This document shows positions 63,168 through 64,000 of a DNA stretch of 64,000 nucleotides, in pieces. The notes beneath the pieces are model-generated. The model was not told where the DNA came from and did not search any database. It saw only the letters and a list, made by a program, of their open reading frames with translations. The stretch's first letter is position 1. Each line of letters begins with the position of its first letter. This DNA is from Macrostomum lignano (taxonomy: Eukaryota), in assembly GCA_002269645.1 (NCBI GenBank), contig NIVC01001980.1:147677-211676 (forward strand), in the 5' to 3' direction. The position numbers and the translations under genes were made by a program.

Positions 63168-64000
63168 CTGCTGACCTTATACCAAACTGTAACTTGACGT
63201 ATTGCGCTTTTTTGGCACCCTCGCTATTCTGGTATAGCCTTCCAATGTGTTTGTAGATAAATATTATTCCTAAATATGAATCTTACTACTACTTAGACTA
63301 ATGCGCAGTGTTGAACAAGTGCCGAAAGCGATGGCTTTTAAATAATGGCTAATGTACCTGGTATATCACAACTACTTAAAAACTAGATAGACCATAGGCA
63401 CGTTGGCTTGCTAAAACAGTGTCTCTCTTTCAGTTCAGTAGTAAGGAAGGATGTGTGTAAGCTATTTTATGAAAATAAAAGCAAGCAGTCAGCGCCACAA
63501 ATATAATATTATTAAGCCATATATTGAAGAAAAGGGAAGGGGGACTGGAGTCTGAAAAGCTAAGAATAGTAACAATGCACTGCTTTCTTGTGTTTTAATA
63601 AGTTGAAAAACCTCTCCTATCTGTTTGTTGTAACGATGAAGCACTTCCCCTAATGTATTTAAGTTTGAGTCATCTGAATAAACTGTGATTTCTAGCAGAG
63701 GCGCATTTGCGGCTACGAGTATAGGGCTGACCTTGCTTAATTTGGTTTAGTCACCACCACAGTTATTAGAATAACCAGATGTGTCACTCGCAATTAAAGT
63801 TGTAAAAAAGCAAAGCGTCTACTCTTTTTCAGTAGTTTGTCCGTGCAGTGTCCGTTAAATAGAATGTGGCAGCTAAAATTTTTTCCTTCCACGGGGTATG
63901 CGGCCTCAGGAGGATACAGTATGCTGGGTTAAGAATGAACAATAAGCAGTTAACTTGATGTGCACACGTGAACACGAGACAGGCGAAACTCAGCCTAGGG

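Overview
Eukaryotic (metazoan) genomic DNA that is rich in repeats. It combines GC-rich coding exons, introns filled with minisatellites and many small DNA transposons. This style resembles a free-living flatworm such as Macrostomum, but the organism is an inference only. Host genes I can support: an MFS sugar transporter of the MFSD4/NAGLT type (+, frameshifted as written), an intronless six-EF-hand calbindin/Cbp53E (-), dynein light chain roadblock (+), a 7-exon ESRP/fusilli splicing regulator (-), a 6-exon inositol monophosphatase (-) and an OSER1-like gene (+). Mobile DNA includes a young CsRn1-clade Gypsy element in the last IMPase intron with a clear -1 frameshift signal, an internally deleted Ngaro-type tyrosine-recombinase element, and a TIR element carrying an intact spliced THAP-only ORF that the ORF track misses. 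There are also several hAT-, Harbinger- and Tc1-like MITEs (some nested), a tRNA-headed CORE-like SINE, and a pair of ~370-460 bp inverted repeats bracketing 12.3 kb. About 20 tandem arrays account for most of the long low-complexity ORFs in the track. There is no CRISPR array, rRNA or intact tRNA. I found no clearly new biological system. The best candidates for follow-up are the THAP-only element, the 12.3-kb inverted-repeat bracket with its decayed reading frame, and the mini-Ngaro. All family assignments come from recognising motifs by eye; no database search was run.
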